Shown here in pieces: positions 59,281 to 64,000 of a stretch of DNA of 64,000 bases. Both the position numbers and the translations under genes were made by a program. The notes below the pieces were generated by a model. The model worked only from the letters and a program-made list of their open reading frames with translations, searched no databases and had not been told where the DNA came from. This DNA is from Lama glama (taxonomy: Eukaryota). Where the stretch lies: assembly GCA_028534125.1 (NCBI GenBank), contig CM052824.1, forward strand, positions 60,078,001 through 60,142,000, written 5' to 3'. How positions within the stretch are numbered: position 1 is the first letter of the stretch; each line of letters opens with the position of its first letter.

Positions 59281-62200
59281 TGGCGGCACTGGCGCCCTGT
59301 GCTGACCGCTCCCCACCTCGCCCCGCCCCTCTCTCCCCCCTCCCCGTCCCTCCCCGTGGACACCCTACAGGTCCTGCATCAGGTCACTGCCTGGTTCTTG
59401 ACTCTTTGGATGAGAACCCCAACTGTGTGCAGGGGCCTTCCCTCGGCGCCCCCTCGAGAGGGAGGATCTTGTCCACTAGGCCCCCCTCTCCTCCCAGGGC
59501 AGGGAACACACAGAGGCCTGTGCAGACACCCCTTCCCCACTGCCCGCTGTCCTCCGGGGACCTGGCAGAGCAGGCTGTGAGCTTCGGCGCACGGTTCCAG
59601 CAGGGGCTGGCGGGACCCAGGGTTGGGGGTGAACGTGGGCCCCGGCGCCTGCCCTCAGGATGTTCAGGACCCTCCGGGGTGTAGCCAGCATGGGGGCTTC
59701 CTCCCATCCAAGTGCTCCGGGTCCAGCACCCACACACAGCAGACCTGCTGGCCAGGGGCGATGTCCTGGCCAGCCTACTGCCGCTGCCATCCTGCCTGGA
59801 CACCGTCAGTCTCTAGCCTCTCCTCACTTTGACACGTCTCCCCTGGAAACCTCGGGAAAGCAAGGAGTGGGCAGCCTCCCATCCACAGACCGACTCCCAG
59901 CACGTGCCCCCTGCATGGTGCCCCCCGCCCCGGGCCTTCTCCAGAGGTGACGGTGCCTGGACCTGCCTTGCTCGGAGCTGTTGCTCCCACTTAAAGCGGT
60001 GCTGAGCCTGCCGGGCCCGGAAACTTCCCCCCAGGACCACAGGAAGCCCACAGCTCAGACAGCCCACGCAAGGGGAAGGAAAATTCGCAGCAAGCCGTTC
60101 GTGACGTCGTAACAAAAGTAAACAGTCTCTCCGGATGCCAATGTGCAGGGCTCCTCGAGACAGGGCTACTTTAGGTCCAACTTTGTTCACAGAAACAAGC
60201 TAATTTGGATGTTATGGGGACAGAAAAGGGCCTTCAATTGGACAGAGGGACTCCTGGCAGGGAGCCCCCAGACCCCCAGTCTCCATCAGCACAGTCTAGG
60301 GCCACCTGCTGGGAAAGGGTGTTGAGATGGGCGGAGCCTGGGACCCCGAGGAGAACCCAGACCCAGCACAGCGTCACCCTTTGAGAGGACACTGGTGCCC
60401 AGTCCCCATCCTGCTGCGCCCTCAGGGCCTGGCCCAGGTGTTCTCAGGGAAGCGGGGACCCAGAAGGACAGGGCCCGCTTAGGGAGGCAGGGTCCTCACG
60501 GCCCAGCAGAAACCTGGGGGCGGGGGACAGCACCCAGGACGGCCTCAGACGCTGGCTCCAGGCCGGACAGAGAGTGGGTCACAGCGCCAGGAAATGTCTT
60601 GGGAAAGGCTGACAGTTGTGCTGGGAGTCACCTGGGGCGGCTGGGAGACCTCAGGGTGGGCCCCTCCCTCCTCAGCTAAGTGCCAGCTTCTCCTCTTTCC
60701 CTAATGTTCAACCCTCGGCGGCTCCTGGGCACATGGGGCCCAGGCTGGCAGGGGCTGCATGGAGGAAGAGGCCGGGGGGAAGGAGGAACAGGGCCCCCGC
60801 GGTGTGGTCAGGCGCAGTGGTGGGCTCCGGCTAGGGCCTGGGCCCCCAAGTCAGACGCACCAGGTTCACCGCCTGGCCCTGCCTGGCCCAAGCCACGTGC
60901 CCGTGAGCCGGTCAGCCACGCCCTCCCCCAGCTGCTTCTTCACCCTCGCGGGTCGAGGGGTGACAGTGAGCAAAGAGAACACTGCTCGCACACGGCTGCG
61001 TCATTACATGCAGATGGCGCGGTGTTCTCCGGGTCAAGAGCAGGGAGTATGGGCCGAGGCACCCGCCCCGGACACCCGCCCGTGGGCTGCGTCTGTGTCT
61101 GGAAGGGGCGATGCTCCCACCCGTGAACTGGAGCTGGTTTCCAAGGCGATGACCTTTCTCCCAAAACACAGCAGTTTGGATCACAGACTCCTGTGCGCCA
61201 CTCTGACAGAGTCTGGGGCATTCAGCTTTTGAGATCCTGACTTCAGGGCCTCCTTTGCTCAAACACACAGACCGGGAAGGAAATCCTCCCGACCCACTCC
61301 CCTGGGGTGAATTCCCGCTGTCCACTGATGACCACAGTCTCCTGGCCGTTCCCTAATCGCTGCTCAGTTGCTCCCTGGCCGAGGCCCCAGGCTAATGGCT
61401 GGCGATGCGTGTCTAGGCCCCGGGAGTGTTAAGTAGCAGAGAGTTATTAAAAGAGAGTTGACTCCCGGGAGCTCCGAGGAGCAGCCTCATCTCAGCACCG
61501 GGTTAGAGCCACGCTGAGCACTGGCACCCAGGAGGCGGGAAGTCACGCCCTGCGGCCCAGGGGCTCCTTGGCTGCTCCTGCTCCCCAGTGGTGCCACCCC
61601 TTGACTACAGTAAAACAACAACAACAGAACAGCACACACAAGTCAGTGTCCGCCGCGTTCAGCCCCACCTAAGAAGCCGGCAGCCCCCCCCCCATCACTG
61701 TGATTGTGGGAAGTACCTGCAGCCCCACGTCGAGGAAGACCTGTGACCCTCGGAGAGAGGACAGCAGCCCCTGCCTTTCTAGGGCAGCACACAGCACACA
61801 CCTGCGTCTTCAGCATCTGGGACTTCCTTTTCCTGGAGGGACAGGGGGCTGCCATCTCTGACTTTCCTGTTCAAGCTGTCCCCCTCCTCGGGTTCAAGCA
61901 GAGAAGTGGCTTCTTGGGCCCGGCCTCCAGCCTCATGGCAGCGCAGTCCAGCCTGGAGCAGCTGCCCTGGAGGCCCCTGTGAGCGTAGAGTGAGGCTGTG
62001 CACACCACTCTGGGCCTCACAACCTCCCTGGGCCTCGCTGTCCCCTCTCTGCCTCCGAGAGCGGGTCTCCGTGCCTGGTGCTGTGCACGCTGCCGTCCAT
62101 GTGCCTGTTCCGAGTTTACAGTGGCTACTGTGGCAGTTCCACCAGGCACTGAGCGTCAGCCCACGTGTGGGCCCGCTGACCATCAGGAAGGGACAGGAGA

Positions 62201-62929
62201 TCCACAAACAGGCCCTCCCCGGCACAGAACTTTGTCCTGCCCCAGGGGCGACCCTGCAGGCTACCCAGCGGCATCTCAGACTGCAGAGACTAACTCTGCC
62301 GCTGCGCAACCCAGGCTCAGTGAGTGGCTACCCACGCGGAGCATAAAACAAAGTCTGACCCCAGCCTCCCTCCGTACTCACGGCCCACCGTGTCGGGACT
62401 GAGGGACTGAAATTCGGAACTGAAACGTGAGAACTCCAGGAGGGACGTGGGGGCACTCTGACCTGTGGAGAGGGAAGGGTTTGTTCACTGAGACACGAGA
62501 GGAGACTGACCCCTCTGGGCTCCACGCCTCCCTCCCTTCGTCCCGCCGAGTAAGATTTCGCCCCCCGCGTGCTGTGGGCGTGTGCCCTGGGTGCGGAGAG
62601 AGCTTGGCAGGACGAGACTCCTCACCCAGGCAGCCCCGCTGGTGCCTGTGCCTCTGTGGCTCCTCCCGGACCACCCCCACCCCGCGACCCGGACTCCGAC
62701 CCCCAGTGCCGCTCAGGACCTCGCGGGAGAGTCCAGCCCCGGGCTGGCCGCAGGGCGGGCGTGGCCGGGGCTGGAGGGCGAGCAGAGCCGCCTGGGGGCC
62801 GTGCCGGGGGTGTGCGAGGGGCTGCGCCAGCCCGGCTCCCCAGGGTCGTGTATCTCTAGCGAGGGAAGGTGGCTCCGAGCAGTTAGTCTGGGGAGGAGGG
62901 CGACGGGGGATGGAATCCGCCCGGGCCGC

Positions 62930-63125
62930 TTCGCTTCCCGTAATTACCGCGATACCCTCCCGGAGTCGACCGCAGGCACAGCCATGGGGGAAGCGGGCTG
63001 AGACCAGAGGAGTTAAGCCGGCAGGTATTTTGAGCCCGCAGGGTCAAGGGGATCTGCAGGCTCCCCGTCCAGCGTTAAATGATACATACTTAAAGGATTG
63101 CTCTATTTACATTAGAATTAGTCCA
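62930..63125. promoter_or_regulatory. Candidate regulatory element
   Basis: GTAATTAC, TGATAC, TATTTACAT and ATTAGAATTAG. Confidence 0.4.
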
Positions 63126-64000
63126 GCAGACTGACACCAAGGAACTGCTGGCTTCCACGTCCCAAGGCCGGTAACCCCCCCGTGAGCCTCCCGGCCTAAC
63201 CCACCTGGGCGCAGAGTCACGGCCCAGCGGCTCCCGGGGCCAGCCGCCTGCTCCCCGCGCTTCGCCTCGGCCTGCCGGACAGGCTTGGGGTGAGACCCGT
63301 CCACAGTGAACCAGACTGGCCCCCACGGCCAGCAGAGCCAGGACCCTCGCTGCGGCGGGTTTGTGGAGCCCTTCATGGGGACGCCCCTCGACTCAGAGGG
63401 GCTTTGCTGTTGAGCACCTGGCTAACGTCCCCAACAGCCCCGAGAAACGGGCGCTGCTTCCCAGGCCCCCGCCCCCCAGGCCAGAGCAGCGGCGTCCATC
63501 TGCACTCACATGGCTTCTCCGTCTGCGCCCTGCCGAGGCCTGAGCTGCCCACCCCAGGCCACCTGCCCCAGGGGCTGCCTGCCTCTGCCCACGCGGCCAT
63601 TCTGCCCCTCCAGCCAGGACTGGGACAGGAACCCACGCCCACCCTGCTCCCTCCGGCCAGGCAGGCAGGGCTGTGCTGGCACAAGCTGGCGGGGGCCACG
63701 CGTGCCCAGCAGGCCACGCCAGACCTGCAGACCCAGCTCTGTGCTGCCCACGGTTGAGTGCGGACCTGAAGGGCCTGGCCGGGCCTGACCCTCTCTGTGC
63801 GGGCCCCGTGGGCCTGGAGGGTCAAGAGAAACCTGGGGGTGTCCTCCCTGCCCACAGCCCACGAGCAGCCTCTCAGCATTTCCTGCAGCTCCACCTCCCA
63901 GCACCCCGACAGCCCCTCACCTGGCCCCGCCTTCACACCTCCCCTGATCCCCGGGGGCCCCTCACCTGCACCAGCCCACTCTGCTCTGGAGCCGGGGTGA

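Noticed and set aside
1-64000. Imprinting-type ZFP57 (TGCCGC) clustering; naming a specific locus
   Set aside because: TGCCGC hits are scattered as expected at this GC/CpG level, and there is no exon or sequence I recognise well enough to name a gene or species.

Overview
This is placental-mammal genomic DNA, very GC-rich (about two-thirds by eye) and unusually CpG-rich. It appears non-coding throughout, either a large intron or a gene desert. I found no credible protein-coding exon, RNA gene or CRISPR-like array; the ORF track is what GC-rich, stop-poor DNA produces by chance. The supportable content has four parts. (1) Ancient, heavily GC-shifted eutherian transposon relics: MLT1 solo LTRs, L1M fragments, MER2B, two MER53 and many MIRs, with no young lineage-specific SINE recognised. 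(2) Simple and tandem repeats: (TGGA)n, (TG)15, and 24-bp, 30-bp and nested 39/12-bp minisatellites. (3) Five N-runs. (4) About 15-20 AT-rich, non-repetitive islands packed with homeodomain, GATA, Forkhead, MEIS/PBX, posterior-HOX and nuclear-receptor motifs. These look like conserved non-coding elements of a developmental-gene regulatory block. I could not identify the locus or species. Repeat families were recognised from remembered consensus sequences. Enhancer calls are inferences that need alignment or chromatin data. I found no convincing new 'system'; the best leads are regulatory and evolutionary.
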